Assembly (NCBI GenBank): GCA_964576115.1 | Contig: CAZNUA010000012.1 | Span: forward strand, 1 to 64,000 | From: an uncultured Gemmatimonadota bacterium | GTDB taxonomy: Bacteria > Blakebacterota > Blakebacteria > Blakebacterales > Blakebacteraceae | DNA: 64,000 nucleotides | Direction of reading: 5' to 3' | Part shown: one piece after another, positions 29,060 to 40,023 of the stretch | Layout of the letters: each line of letters opens with the position of its first letter | Numbering within the stretch: the first letter of the stretch is position 1 | Position numbers and translations under genes: made by a program | The notes under the pieces: model-generated | What the model was told of the DNA's origin: nothing | Databases searched by the model: none | What the model saw: only the letters and a program-made list of their open reading frames with translations

Positions 29060-29920
29060 TCAATCCGCATCTTGAGAAAATCTCGCGGCGATCCGGGTAT
29101 CGAGTTTATCCAGCCATTCGTCGGGCACGTGCAGGTCCCCGGTTCCGATCCCCAGGCTGAGATCGGGCTTGCGGGTGCCGTGGAAGTCGCTTCCCCCGGT
29201 CCGCACCAGATCGAATTCGGCGGCCAGCTCGTCATAGAAGCGGCTCTGCTCGGGGGTGTGTGAGGGGTAGAGGACTTCGATTCCTTCCAGGCCCTCCGCT
29301 GCGAGTTCGGTCACGAACCGCCGCAGAGCCTCTCCTGCCCGGCCTGTCTGACAGGGGTGGGCCAGAACGGGGATGCCCCCTCCGGACCGGATGAGCTCGA
29401 AAGCCCGGGCCGGTTCGTATTTGAGTTTGGGCTCGTAGGCGGGGGCGTCGACACCCACGTAACGATCGAAGGCGTCATCGAGATCTTCGGCGGCTCCTGC
29501 CGCGCAGAGGGTCTCGGCGATGTGGGGACGGCCGATCACATCGCTCCCGGCCCGGGCCGCAACCTGCTCCAGCGTGATGGAAATTCCCATCGCCTGCAGG
29601 TTGGCGATGATCTTCGGATTGCGCTCGGCCCGGGCGGTTTTGAGCCGTTCGATCCCGGCCGCGAACGCAGGCCGGGCCGGATCGATGCCGTAACCGAGAA
29701 GGTGCAGGGTGCCGCCGGTGAACCGGGCCGAGATCTCGATACCCGGCACGACCCGCAGTCCCAGGCGCCGGCCGGCGGCCAGGGCTTCGGGCACGCCGTC
29801 GCAGGTATCGTGATCGGTGATGCCAACGGCTGAGAGGCCGGCCTCGCAGGCGGCTGCGACCAGTTCGCCCGGAGTCAGGGTGCCGTCGCTGGCGGTGGTG
29901 TGGGTGTGCAGGTCGATCAT
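29060..29920 (-). CDS. PHP-domain phosphoesterase (TrpH/YciV-like)
   Basis: DLHTHTTASDG, ITDHD, GRPH, LAHP and GGSDFHG. Confidence 0.9.
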   Translation of the reverse strand: MIDLHTHTTASDGTLTPGELVAAACEAGLSAVGITDHDTCDGVPEALAAGRRLGLRVVPGIEISARFTGGTLHLLGYGIDPARPAFAAGIERLKTARAERNPKIIANLQAMGISITLEQVAARAGSDVIGRPHIAETLCAAGAAEDLDDAFDRYVGVDAPAYEPKLKYEPARAFELIRSGGGIPVLAHPCQTGRAGEALRRFVTELAAEGLEGIEVLYPSHTPEQSRFYDELAAEFDLVRTGGSDFHGTRKPDLSLGIGTGDLHVPDEWLDKLDTRIAARFSQDAD

Positions 29921-29945
29921 GGATCGAACCGCGTTCCAGCCCGGT

Positions 29946-30683
29946 CTACTCCTCCTCGGGCGGGCGGCGGCCCGAGACCAGCAGGGCGCCCGCTTCGCGG
30001 AAATTCTTGAGCTGTTCGAGGCTCCGGAACCACTTCCCGTCCACTTCGGCGGGCGGTTCGGATTCGTCGCGGATCCGCTGGTCGCCCACATCGATGAAGC
30101 CGCAGGCGCGGAAGAGAGTGTTGTACTGATCGGCTCCCTTGCAATGCATCGGCACCTCGATCAGATCGCTCCAGTGGTGGACCCACTCGTTCTCGAGGTA
30201 GAAATGCATGGCGACGAAAAAGGTGCCGCCGGGCTTGAGAACCCGGAACATCTCATGGCCGACCTTGACCTGGTTGGGATAGTAGTAAAAGGATTCGATA
30301 GTGACGATGTGATCGACACTCGCATCCTCGAGAGGCAGTTCCTCGGCGCCGGCGGTCTCGAACCGCAGGTTGGCGGGATTGTCGCTGTGAGCTGCGGCCC
30401 TCTCGATCATCTTTGGAGCCAGATCGATCCCGATGATCTGGCCGCCGGAGATGACATCAGTGGCCAGGTGGCGGCTGAACCAGCCGTCGCCGCAGGAGAG
30501 ATCGAGAACAATGTCTTTGTCCTGAACCGGCAGTTCGGCGGCTATCGCCAGGCCCAGGTGCTGGTGGTTCTCCTGCATCAAAGCCACCTCATCCTCGGTG
30601 GCGAGGGCATCGAATGTCTCGCGCAGACGCTCCCACGTCTCAGGGGTGCGGTTCTGCTCGTCTGGGCTCGCGTGCTCGGTCAT
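29946..30683 (-). CDS. Class I SAM-dependent methyltransferase
   Basis: VLDLSCGDG, GIDLAPKMI, AEELP and RVLKPGG; GGAGG RBS. Confidence 0.85.
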   Translation of the reverse strand: MTEHASPDEQNRTPETWERLRETFDALATEDEVALMQENHQHLGLAIAAELPVQDKDIVLDLSCGDGWFSRHLATDVISGGQIIGIDLAPKMIERAAAHSDNPANLRFETAGAEELPLEDASVDHIVTIESFYYYPNQVKVGHEMFRVLKPGGTFFVAMHFYLENEWVHHWSDLIEVPMHCKGADQYNTLFRACGFIDVGDQRIRDESEPPAEVDGKWFRSLEQLKNFREAGALLVSGRRPPEEE

Positions 30684-30761
30684 GGGTCCTCCGAAGAAAT
30701 CGTAACCGGTTCTCTCTATCTTGCCCCGATAGAAAGCCCAACTTATAGTGCCTGCGCGACC

Positions 30762-31691
30762 ATGCCAATACCTGATGAGAAGAGAGCGGGACCGGGGCGC
30801 AAACCTTCCTGGCTGCTGACCCGCGCCCCCGGCGGTCCGGCCTATGCCGCTCTGAAGAAAAAACTCCACTCTCTCGAGCTGCATACAGTTTGCGAGGAGG
30901 CCAACTGCCCCAACCAGGGGGAGTGCTGGGGCACCGGAACCGCCACGGTCATGATCCTGGGCGATATCTGTACCCGGGCCTGCCGTTTCTGCGACGTCAG
31001 GAGCGGCGATCCGGCAGGTATGGTGGACGACGCCGAACCGGAGAAGGTCGCCGCCATGCTGGCCGATCTCGATCTACGCTACGTGGTCGTTACCAGCGTG
31101 GACCGCGACGACCTGCCCGACGGCGGGGCCGGCCATTTCGCCCGCACCATCACGGCCATCCGAACCCGCCATCCCGACCTGATGCTCGAAGTTCTCATCC
31201 CCGACTTCCGCGGCTCACACCCGGCTCTGACAAACGTCATCGCCGCCGGTCCCGAGGTGGTCGCACACAATGTCGAAGTGGTCCCGCGTCTGACCCGCAC
31301 GGCGCGTGACCGGCGGGCGTCGTGGGAACTCTCGCTCCGGGTTCTGGCCGACATCAAGGTTCTGGCGCCGGATGTGCGCCGGGCTCCGGTGTGGACCAAA
31401 TCGAGTCTCATGGTCGGACTGGGCGAGAGCGAGCCCGAGATGGCTGCGGCCATGGACGAGCTGCGTTCGGTCGGAGTGGATTTTCTGACCGTCGGTCAAT
31501 ACCTGCAGCCCAGCCGCAGACACCTGGCCGTGCAGGAGTATGTCACCCCCGAGCAGTTCGAGCGCTACCGGACCATGGGGGAAGAGAAGGGTTTCGCCTA
31601 TGTGGCGAGCGGGCCGCTGGTGCGCTCGTCCTACCGGGCCGGAGAATACTTCATCGCGGCCGTCATCGAATCCGGTCGGGCAGTTACCTGA
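30762..31691 (+). CDS. lipA: Lipoyl synthase
   Basis: CEEANCPNQGEC, CTRACRFC, TSVDRDDL, GQYLQP and RSSY. Confidence 0.96.
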   Translation: MPIPDEKRAGPGRKPSWLLTRAPGGPAYAALKKKLHSLELHTVCEEANCPNQGECWGTGTATVMILGDICTRACRFCDVRSGDPAGMVDDAEPEKVAAMLADLDLRYVVVTSVDRDDLPDGGAGHFARTITAIRTRHPDLMLEVLIPDFRGSHPALTNVIAAGPEVVAHNVEVVPRLTRTARDRRASWELSLRVLADIKVLAPDVRRAPVWTKSSLMVGLGESEPEMAAAMDELRSVGVDFLTVGQYLQPSRRHLAVQEYVTPEQFERYRTMGEEKGFAYVASGPLVRSSYRAGEYFIAAVIESGRAVT

Positions 31692-31712
31692 ACAACGAAT
31701 GAGGAGAGTGTC

Positions 31713-33119
31713 ATGCCCCAGGCGTACGAAGCGGTTGTCATCGGTTCGGGGCCCGGCGGATACGTGGCCGCAATCCGTCTGGCCCAGTTAGGGAAGAAAA
31801 CCCTCTGCATCGAAGCCGAGCGACTCGGCGGGGTTTGTCTGAACCGCGGCTGCATTCCCTCCAAGGCCCTGATCGCAGCCGCAGATCTCTACCACGCCGT
31901 CGGAAGCGAGGGGAAAACTTTCGGGATTTCGGTCGAGGGTCGGAGCCTGGATTTCGGCAAGACCCAGAAGTTCCGGGAGCGGGTGGTGAAGAAGATGACC
32001 GGTGGGGTGGGGGCACTCTTCCGGGCCTGGGGAGTCGAAACCCTGCAGGGTATGGCTGCCTTTGCCGATCCGAACACCCTGACCGTGACGACCGCCGACG
32101 GCGAAGAACGGATTGCCTTCGAGTCGGCCGTGATCGCCACCGGCTCGCTCCCCTTCTATATCCCGGGGTTCGAACCCGACGGCGACCGGGTGGTGGGTTC
32201 GCGCCAGGCCCTGGAATTCGCGGAAGTACCGGCCAGCCTGCTGGTGATCGGGGGGGGTTATATCGGGCTCGAGCTGGGGATTGCCTACCGCAAGTTCGGG
32301 ACCGCGGTGACGGTGGTCGAAATGCTGGAGAGTCTGCTGCCCCTCTCGCCCTCCAATCTCGCCGAGCCGGTCGCCCGACGCTGCCGCAAGCTGGGTATCG
32401 AGGTGCATCTGGGCACCGCCGCCCGCACCCTCGAAAAGCGCACCGACGGCCTGACGCTCATCGCCGAAGTCCCAGGGGGCGAAGAGGTGCGTCTGGAGGC
32501 CGAGCGGGTGCTGGTTACGATCGGCCGCCGGCCTCGTACCGACGAACTCAACCTCGCCGCGGCCGGTCTGGAGACCGACGATAAGGGTTTCATCCCGGTC
32601 GACGAGCACCGGCGCACGGCGGCAGAAAACATCCGGGCCATCGGTGACGTGGCCGGCCCGCCCCTGCTGGCCCACAAGGCCAGCAAGGAGGCGATCGTAG
32701 CGGCCGAAGATATCGCGGGTCGCGAGGCGGTGTATGATCCCCGGGCCGTACCGGCGGTGATCTTCACCGATCCCGAAGTCGCCTACGTCGGACTGAGCGA
32801 AGAGGAAGCCCGCGCCGCGGGTCACGAGGTCATGACCGGCCAGTTCCCTTACGCCGCTTCGGGCCGGGCCGCGGCCATCAACCGGCAGGAGGGCTTCGTC
32901 AAGGTGATCGGGGAAGCCGGCAGCGGCAAGCTGCTGGGGGTGCAGATCGTCGGCCACGAGGCCGCCGATCTGATCAACGAGGCCTGTGTGGCCCTCGAAG
33001 CGGGTCTGAGCGTAGAACAGCTCGGGCACGCCATGCACCCGCACCCCACCCTGGGAGAGATCGTCATGGAGGCGGCCGAAACCGCTCTCGGGCAGGCGGT
33101 ACACGGACAACTAGAATAA
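31713..33119 (+). CDS. lpdA: Dihydrolipoyl dehydrogenase
   Basis: GSGPGGY, GGVCLNRGCIPSK, GGGYIGLE, LAHKA and HPHPTLGE. Confidence 0.95.
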   Translation: MPQAYEAVVIGSGPGGYVAAIRLAQLGKKTLCIEAERLGGVCLNRGCIPSKALIAAADLYHAVGSEGKTFGISVEGRSLDFGKTQKFRERVVKKMTGGVGALFRAWGVETLQGMAAFADPNTLTVTTADGEERIAFESAVIATGSLPFYIPGFEPDGDRVVGSRQALEFAEVPASLLVIGGGYIGLELGIAYRKFGTAVTVVEMLESLLPLSPSNLAEPVARRCRKLGIEVHLGTAARTLEKRTDGLTLIAEVPGGEEVRLEAERVLVTIGRRPRTDELNLAAAGLETDDKGFIPVDEHRRTAAENIRAIGDVAGPPLLAHKASKEAIVAAEDIAGREAVYDPRAVPAVIFTDPEVAYVGLSEEEARAAGHEVMTGQFPYAASGRAAAINRQEGFVKVIGEAGSGKLLGVQIVGHEAADLINEACVALEAGLSVEQLGHAMHPHPTLGEIVMEAAETALGQAVHGQLE

Positions 33120-33303
33120 TTCACGCCTCCGACACATTTGTGCACCGGGAGTTCTGGAATCGGAACCGGGCTTCGACTATATTGGGAGCCGCATCAGCGG
33201 TCGGATCGTACTGACCGTACCGTTGCGTGACGATTTCTTTGAGAAACGGACGAGCTTCGGAACCCGCCAATCCACCAGCTCAAGACACAGGGAGAGAGCG
33301 CCT

Positions 33304-34575
33304 ATGGCGACGCTGAAAGACAAACTCGCAGAACTGATCCCCGGTCGTCGCGAGGAGATCAAGAACCTGGTCAAGGAGCACGGTGACAAAATCATCTCGG
33401 AAGTCACCGTCGCCCAGGCCTACGGAGGTATGCGCGGAGTCAAGGGACTGGTCTGCGACACATCTCTGGTGGACCCCGAAAAGGGTCTGATCATCAGGGG
33501 CATTCCGATCAGTGAACTGACCGACCGCACCCCGGAGGAGATCTTCTACCTCCTCTGCGTCGGTGATCTGCCCGGCGAAGCCGAAGTCGAGAACGTGAAG
33601 AAGGAATTCGCGGACCGCAGCGAGGTCCCCGGTTACGTTTTCGACGTGCTGCGAGCCATGCCCGATGACGCGCACCCCATGGACATGCTCGTCACCGGTA
33701 TCCTCGCCATGCAGAACACCTCGGTCTTCGCCAAGCGGTACAACGAGGGCATGAAGAAGCAGGATTACTGGGAAGCGGCCCTCGAGGACTCGCTCCAGCT
33801 GCTGGCCAAGCTCCCCTCGGTGGCGGCCGCGGTCTACCGGATCCGCTACGACAAGGGCGACCTGATTCCGTATGATCCGGCCGTCGACTGGTCGACCAAC
33901 TACGCCCGGATGCTCGGTTCGGACGATCCCGAATTCGCCGACCTGATCCGGCTCTACCTGGTGCTGCACTCCGACCACGAGGGCGGGAACGTGAGCGCCT
34001 TCACCTCCCATGTCGTCGGTTCGGCCCTGAGTGACCCCTACTACGCGGTCGCAGCGGGTCTGAGCGGTCTGGCCGGTCCCCTGCACGGTCTGGCCAACCA
34101 GGAGTGCCTGAAGTTCCTGCACGAGATCCTCGAGCGCTTCGACGGCAAGGCTCCGACGGCTGACGAGATCAAGGACTACACCTGGGAGATCCTGAACTCC
34201 GGACGGGTTGTGCCGGGTTACGGCCACGCGGTCCTGCGTGCCACCGACCCGCGCTACACGGCGCAGTGGGAGTTCGGAAAGGCCCACTTCCCCGACGACG
34301 AGCTCTTCAAGACGATGTCGATCGGCTTCGAGGTCATCCCGCATGTGCTCATGGAGCACGGCAAGGCCAAGAACCCGTGGCCGAACGTCGACGCTGCGTC
34401 GGGAACCATGCTCTACCACTACGGCATCACCGAGATGGAGTACTACACCGTGCTCTTCAGCGTGAGCCGGGCCATGGGCATGCTTTCGCAGCTCGTCACC
34501 AGCCGGGCGATGATGGAGGCCATCACGCGGCCCAAGTCGGTTACGACCGGCTGGATGAAGTCGCAGGTCGACTGA
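33304..34575 (+). CDS. gltA: Citrate (Si)-synthase, eukaryotic type
   Basis: YGGMRG, HPM, HSDHEGGNVSA, LAGPLHGLANQE, VVPGYGHAVLR and NPWPNVDA. Confidence 0.93.
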   Translation: MATLKDKLAELIPGRREEIKNLVKEHGDKIISEVTVAQAYGGMRGVKGLVCDTSLVDPEKGLIIRGIPISELTDRTPEEIFYLLCVGDLPGEAEVENVKKEFADRSEVPGYVFDVLRAMPDDAHPMDMLVTGILAMQNTSVFAKRYNEGMKKQDYWEAALEDSLQLLAKLPSVAAAVYRIRYDKGDLIPYDPAVDWSTNYARMLGSDDPEFADLIRLYLVLHSDHEGGNVSAFTSHVVGSALSDPYYAVAAGLSGLAGPLHGLANQECLKFLHEILERFDGKAPTADEIKDYTWEILNSGRVVPGYGHAVLRATDPRYTAQWEFGKAHFPDDELFKTMSIGFEVIPHVLMEHGKAKNPWPNVDAASGTMLYHYGITEMEYYTVLFSVSRAMGMLSQLVTSRAMMEAITRPKSVTTGWMKSQVD

Positions 34576-34636
34576 TCGCACAGTCCGTACCGGCGCAGTA
34601 ACAACCGCTCGTACCGCGGTTGCCGGCATCAACAGC

Positions 34637-34673
34637 GAAGGACCCCGGGCTCCGAGTCCGGGGTCCTTCTTCT
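34637..34673 (+). terminator. Intrinsic terminator after citrate synthase
   Basis: GAAGGACCCCGGGCT-ccg-AGTCCGGGGTCCTTC followed by TTCT. Confidence 0.75.
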
Positions 34674-34755
34674 CCGATAGGGTGGCAACCCGCGGTTTCC
34701 TCCTCTATGTTAGTGGCCTGATCGTTCCGTACCGTCCGCTCAAGGAGAGCCAGGT

Positions 34756-35670
34756 ATGTCTGCCATCACGAAGATTCTCTGTCCGACCGATTTTTCCGGA
34801 TTCAGCAACCGGGCTTTCGACCATGCCCTGGTCTGGGCTCGCACTTTCGGTGCCGACGTACACCTGCTGCATGTCGTCACGGTCCACAACTTCGATCCCT
34901 TCAACCCCGAACTCGGCTTTCCCGGCCAGAGCGTGCAGGAAGACCTGCAGCGTAGCGCCGAGGCGCAGCTGGATCAGCTGCTCGCCCACACCGCCGATAC
35001 CGCCCCGACCGTAACCCGGGAAACGCGGACCGGTTTCAGTCCCTGGGGCGAGATCCTCGACTGTGCCGGCGAGCAGGACGCCGACCTGATCGTCATGGCC
35101 ACTCACGGCTACCGCGGCCTGGGCCGTCTCTTCCTGGGCAGCACGGCCGAGCAGGTGCTCGAACACGCCTCCTGTCCGGTACTGCTCCTGCGTCCCGATG
35201 ATTCCGAAAAGGTCGTCGAACCGGCTGAGATCGGCACGATTCTGCTGCCCACCGATTTCAGCGAGGCCGCCTCCGCCGCAGCTCCCCTGGCCTTCGAACT
35301 GGCCGAAAAGTTCGGGAGCAGCGTCACCCTGCTGCACTGCGTGGAACAGGAGATCAATCCCTCCTACTTCGCGATCGGTATCACCAGCATTTTCGAAGTC
35401 AACGACTCGATCATCACGGTTTCGCGCGAGAAGATGGCCGAACTGGTGCCCGAGGACTTCGACTCCGATCGGATCAACGACCTGGTGGTACTCGAAGGCT
35501 CCTCGACCGTCAAGATCGCCGAGTACGCCCGTAGCGAGGGGATCGACCTGATCGTCATGGCCACCCACGGTTATACCGGTCTCGAAGAAGTGCTGCTCGG
35601 CTCGACCACCGACCGCACCGTGCGCCGATCGCCCTGCCCGGTTCTGGTCACGCGAGCCGGGATATCCTGA
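34756..35670 (+). CDS. Tandem-domain universal stress protein
   Basis: Two copies of ILxPTDFS...DLIVMATHG...LGST...CPVL. Confidence 0.93.
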   Translation: MSAITKILCPTDFSGFSNRAFDHALVWARTFGADVHLLHVVTVHNFDPFNPELGFPGQSVQEDLQRSAEAQLDQLLAHTADTAPTVTRETRTGFSPWGEILDCAGEQDADLIVMATHGYRGLGRLFLGSTAEQVLEHASCPVLLLRPDDSEKVVEPAEIGTILLPTDFSEAASAAAPLAFELAEKFGSSVTLLHCVEQEINPSYFAIGITSIFEVNDSIITVSREKMAELVPEDFDSDRINDLVVLEGSSTVKIAEYARSEGIDLIVMATHGYTGLEEVLLGSTTDRTVRRSPCPVLVTRAGIS

Positions 35671-35703
35671 GACCTTTCGTCCGGGAGGAAACCGACGCCG
35701 ACC

Positions 35704-36632
<929 letters not shown>

Positions 36633-36636
<4 letters not shown>

Positions 36637-37565
36637 CGGTCCGATTGGGTAACTGGTCGCTGACCTCGATTGCCGGAGGTGATTTCGTCCTCGATGGGGG
36701 GGCCATGTACGGCGTGGTGCCGAAGGTGATCTGGAAAACGATCCACCCCGTCGATGAAGACAATCGTATCCCCATGACAATGCGCTGCCTGCTTCTGCGC
36801 CGCGAAGTCGAAGGACGCGAGCGGATTGTGCTGGTGGATACAGGAGCGGGCACCAAGCTCTCCGACAAGCTGGTCACGATTTACGGCATCGATTACTCCC
36901 AGCACGATCTCATCGGCAGTCTGGCCGCGGCCGGGGTCACCCCGACCCAGGTGACCGATGTCATCCTCACCCACCTGCATTTCGATCATTGCGGCGGGGC
37001 GACGATGTCGGTTGCCCGGCCGCCCGGTGAGGAAGGAGATGCCGCCACCGGAGGGAAGGGGGAGACGGACGTGCGGCCCACTTTTCCCAATGCCGTCTAT
37101 CACCTGCAGCAGCGGCAGTGGGAGTGGGCCCTGGCGCCCAGCGAGAGGGACCGGGCCTCCTTCCTGGAGAAAAACTACGTCCCCCTCGAGCGAAGCGGTC
37201 AGCTCAATCTGGTAGAGGGGGAGATCGAAATCCTGCCCGACATCTTTCTCCTGGTCGTCAATGGGCATACCCCGGGACAGCAGCTGCCTCTCATCCGCAC
37301 CACCCGGCGTACCTTCCTGTACTGCGCCGACCTCTTTCCCTTTGTGTCGCACCTCCATCTGCCCTACATCATGGCCTACGATCTGGCTCCCCTGCGAACC
37401 CTGGAGGAGAAAAAACGGGTTCTGCCCCGGGCGGTGGAGGAGGAGTGGGTGCTTTACTTCGAACACGACGCGGCGACCGAGTGCTGCACGGTCGAAGAAA
37501 CCCCCCGTGGCTACCGGGCGGCTGAAACCCTCTCGCTCGAAGACTGCTTTACCTCCTGTGAGTGA
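36633..37565 (+). CDS. MBL-fold metallo-hydrolase (YtnP-like)
   Basis: LDGGAMYGVVPK, THLHFDHCGG, GHTPG and YFEHD; ATGA overlap with trxB. Confidence 0.9.
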
Positions 37566-37702
37566 GGCCGGTTTGCCCCCTCATTGCTAAAAGAGACCCG
37601 GCGGTCCAGTTTCGGGTTGCGGACCCCGAAAGTGGTGCATAGAGTGCTGAGGAAATCCGGGATCATCAGCGAGATCTCTCACCAGATGGAGGATAGAGAC
37701 GG

Positions 37703-37960
37703 ATGCCGAGCGTCATTTGCGAACCCTGTATCGGAACGAAGGACACCGCCTGCGTCGACGTTTGTCCGGTCGACTGCATCCACCCGACCAAGGATGAGCC
37801 CGAGTTCGAGGAAGCCGATCAGCTCTTCATCGACCCCGACGAGTGCATCGAGTGTGGCGCCTGTCAGCCTGTCTGTCCGGTCGAGGCGATCTTCGAGGAA
37901 GAGGACGTGCCCGACCAGTGGCAGTCCTTCATCCAGAAGAACGCCGACTACTACGCCTGA
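37703..37960 (+). CDS. Ferredoxin (FdxA-type dicluster)
   Basis: CEPCIGTKDTACVDVCPVDC and CIECGACQPVCP; GGAGG RBS. Confidence 0.92.
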   Translation: MPSVICEPCIGTKDTACVDVCPVDCIHPTKDEPEFEEADQLFIDPDECIECGACQPVCPVEAIFEEEDVPDQWQSFIQKNADYYA

Positions 37961-38158
37961 TCCCTCATAGCGGGCACTGGTACTGAGCCGGAGCGGCTGC
38001 CGGACGGCAGCGCCGCTTCCGGTGATGGCGATAATCGGCCTCTGGAGGGTCAAACGACCCTCCGGGGGCCTTGGTGTGTCATACAATCGGCACGTTGAGC
38101 GTCATTCCCTTTTCTGCTAGCATACCTGAGGCTGCTTCCAGACTTTCCCGAGGCTCGG

Positions 38159-38566
38159 ATGATACGGTACAGATCTTCAACCGGTTTTACCCTGATCGAA
38201 CTGCTGATATCGCTCGTGATCGTCGCCCTGCTGGCGGCGGTTGCCATCCCGCGATTCAGGAACATGTCCAGCAAAGCCAAGATCTCGGCCGCCGAGCAGG
38301 AAGTCGATCAGGCCGTCCAGGGGCTCTGGTACTACCGGACCGAAAACGACAGTACCAGCTTTCCCCCCTCCTCGATGATCACCAACTATGAGGAACTGCG
38401 GGCGACCATCTCCGAGTACATCGGCTGGCCCCCCCAGCAGAGCAACGCCTCCTTCACCTTCGTCTCCTATGCCGGAGCCGATACAGGTTTCACCCTCTCG
38501 GCCCGGGCCCGGGATTCAGACCGGACCCTCATCGTCGCCACCCATATCGGCCTTACCACGCATTGA
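38159..38566 (+). CDS. Type IV pilin / pseudopilin with a prepilin cleavage motif
   Basis: GFTLIELL followed by a hydrophobic helix to AIP. Confidence 0.85.
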   Translation: MIRYRSSTGFTLIELLISLVIVALLAAVAIPRFRNMSSKAKISAAEQEVDQAVQGLWYYRTENDSTSFPPSSMITNYEELRATISEYIGWPPQQSNASFTFVSYAGADTGFTLSARARDSDRTLIVATHIGLTTH

Positions 38567-38597
38567 TCGCGTTCCGACCCGGCCCTTCACGGGCAGA

Positions 38598-38627
38598 GAA
38601 AAGCCGGCAGGAGACCCCTGCCGGCTT
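38598..38627 (-). terminator. Intrinsic terminator between the convergent pilin and beta-barrel genes
   Basis: AAGCCGGCAGG-agacc-CCTGCCGGCTT with a short T tract on the minus strand. Confidence 0.65.
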
Positions 38628-38686
38628 GTACGGATCCGGCCCTGCTCGGAATCAGGCCCCGGATACCTGAGGCTGTAGGGCGCGCT

Positions 38687-39850
38687 TTAAAAACCGATCG
38701 CGGCCGCCAGCGAGAAAAGTCGCTGCTGCTCCACTCCCGCCGGCGTCCACTGCTCGACATGGGAGACAGCGGCCGAGAGATCCACGATCAGCAGGTGAAT
38801 CCCCGCTCCGAGAGAGAGATTGCCGTTGAAGTATCCGGCCCGCAGGGCGATCAGGGGCAGTTTGACCTCGGCTCCGAGATGGAGCTTCTCGAGGTACTGC
38901 TCACCCCGTACGTTGAGCACGTCGCGCAGGTCGGCCTCCAGAGTGATGTCCCGGATGATCACCAGGGGAATCCCCAGCAGCAGTTCCATCGGCTTGAGTC
39001 GCACTCCGGCCGCAATCTCCGGCTCCCAGTCCCGGGCGAGTTCCTCATCGGCCGTGCTCACCAGACCGCGCACCACCCCCCCGGCGGCGAAAGCCTTGCC
39101 CAGAGTCACCATACCCCCCACGTCCACCTGCAGGGCGGTCGGCGGATCGTCGAGCCAGTTGTCCTTCGTGGCGAAACCGTTCAGGAATTGTATCGGGTCG
39201 TCGACGTCCTCCGGCTCGAGGATCTGGATTGCGGAGCGTTGCCGCTGCATGAAGCGTACCCCTACCCCGCCGTGAAACATACGTCCGAGCTGCAGGCCCA
39301 GGCCGGCGTTCACGACCATGTCGGCTGCGGCGGCGACCCGCACCTGCGGCGGCAGGGGGGTCGGGGTCAGGACCGGCGGCATGGCCCGCAAACCGAGCCG
39401 GGAGACCGAATAGCCCGACAGACAGAGCGACCCGATCTGCACGCCGACCAGGGGATCGACTTTCAGCTGATACCACCGGTCGGTATAGCCGTTCAGATCA
39501 TTCAGGAAGCTGGTCTGTGTTGCCAGAGGCTGGCCTGCAAAGTGCACCGGGTCGAGCATCTGGGAATTGTCGCTGAGGAAGTTCACGAAGTTGATGGCAT
39601 CGTTGTTCGTGCCCAGCTGTGCGCCGAGATAGACGTGCAGGCCCTTGCTCTGGGTCAGCGCGCCGGGGTTGAAGTAGCCCGCCTCGATCGGTCCGGCCGA
39701 CAGGAGCATGGCCCCGCCCATACCCTGGGCCCGGGTGCTGTAGCGCATCGGGATCGGCGTCTGGGCCGTCGCCGGGGTAGCGGTCATCACAACCAGCACG
39801 GCGGCCAGAAAGATGACTGCGGTGGTGCGGTTGGTCTGCGAACGTATCAC
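38687..39850 (-). CDS. Outer-membrane beta-barrel protein (TraF/FadL-like plug motif)
   Basis: Signal peptide; RAQGMGGA...YFNPGAL; LRAGY; C-terminal Phe. Confidence 0.7.
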   Translation of the reverse strand: MIRSQTNRTTAVIFLAAVLVVMTATPATAQTPIPMRYSTRAQGMGGAMLLSAGPIEAGYFNPGALTQSKGLHVYLGAQLGTNNDAINFVNFLSDNSQMLDPVHFAGQPLATQTSFLNDLNGYTDRWYQLKVDPLVGVQIGSLCLSGYSVSRLGLRAMPPVLTPTPLPPQVRVAAAADMVVNAGLGLQLGRMFHGGVGVRFMQRQRSAIQILEPEDVDDPIQFLNGFATKDNWLDDPPTALQVDVGGMVTLGKAFAAGGVVRGLVSTADEELARDWEPEIAAGVRLKPMELLLGIPLVIIRDITLEADLRDVLNVRGEQYLEKLHLGAEVKLPLIALRAGYFNGNLSLGAGIHLLIVDLSAAVSHVEQWTPAGVEQQRLFSLAAAIGF

Positions 39851-40023
39851 GGGACACCCCTTCCGTTCGGGCCGGCGGCGGGCTGGCGGCGGCCGCCGGG
39901 CGAAAATGCTTTCGCCCTCCCCGGAGGAAAGGGCTTGGCGGAGAGTGTACGCAGGGCCGCCGGCGGGCGCAAGCCGGCGAGGGAAGATACGGGAAAGGCC
40001 CCGGGGTCGGGTCAGGTGCGGGT

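Noticed and set aside
38159-39850. Pilin plus TraF-like barrel as a conjugative element
   Set aside because: The genes are convergent and there is no relaxase, VirB4/VirD4, integrase or att site; both families are common chromosomal genes.
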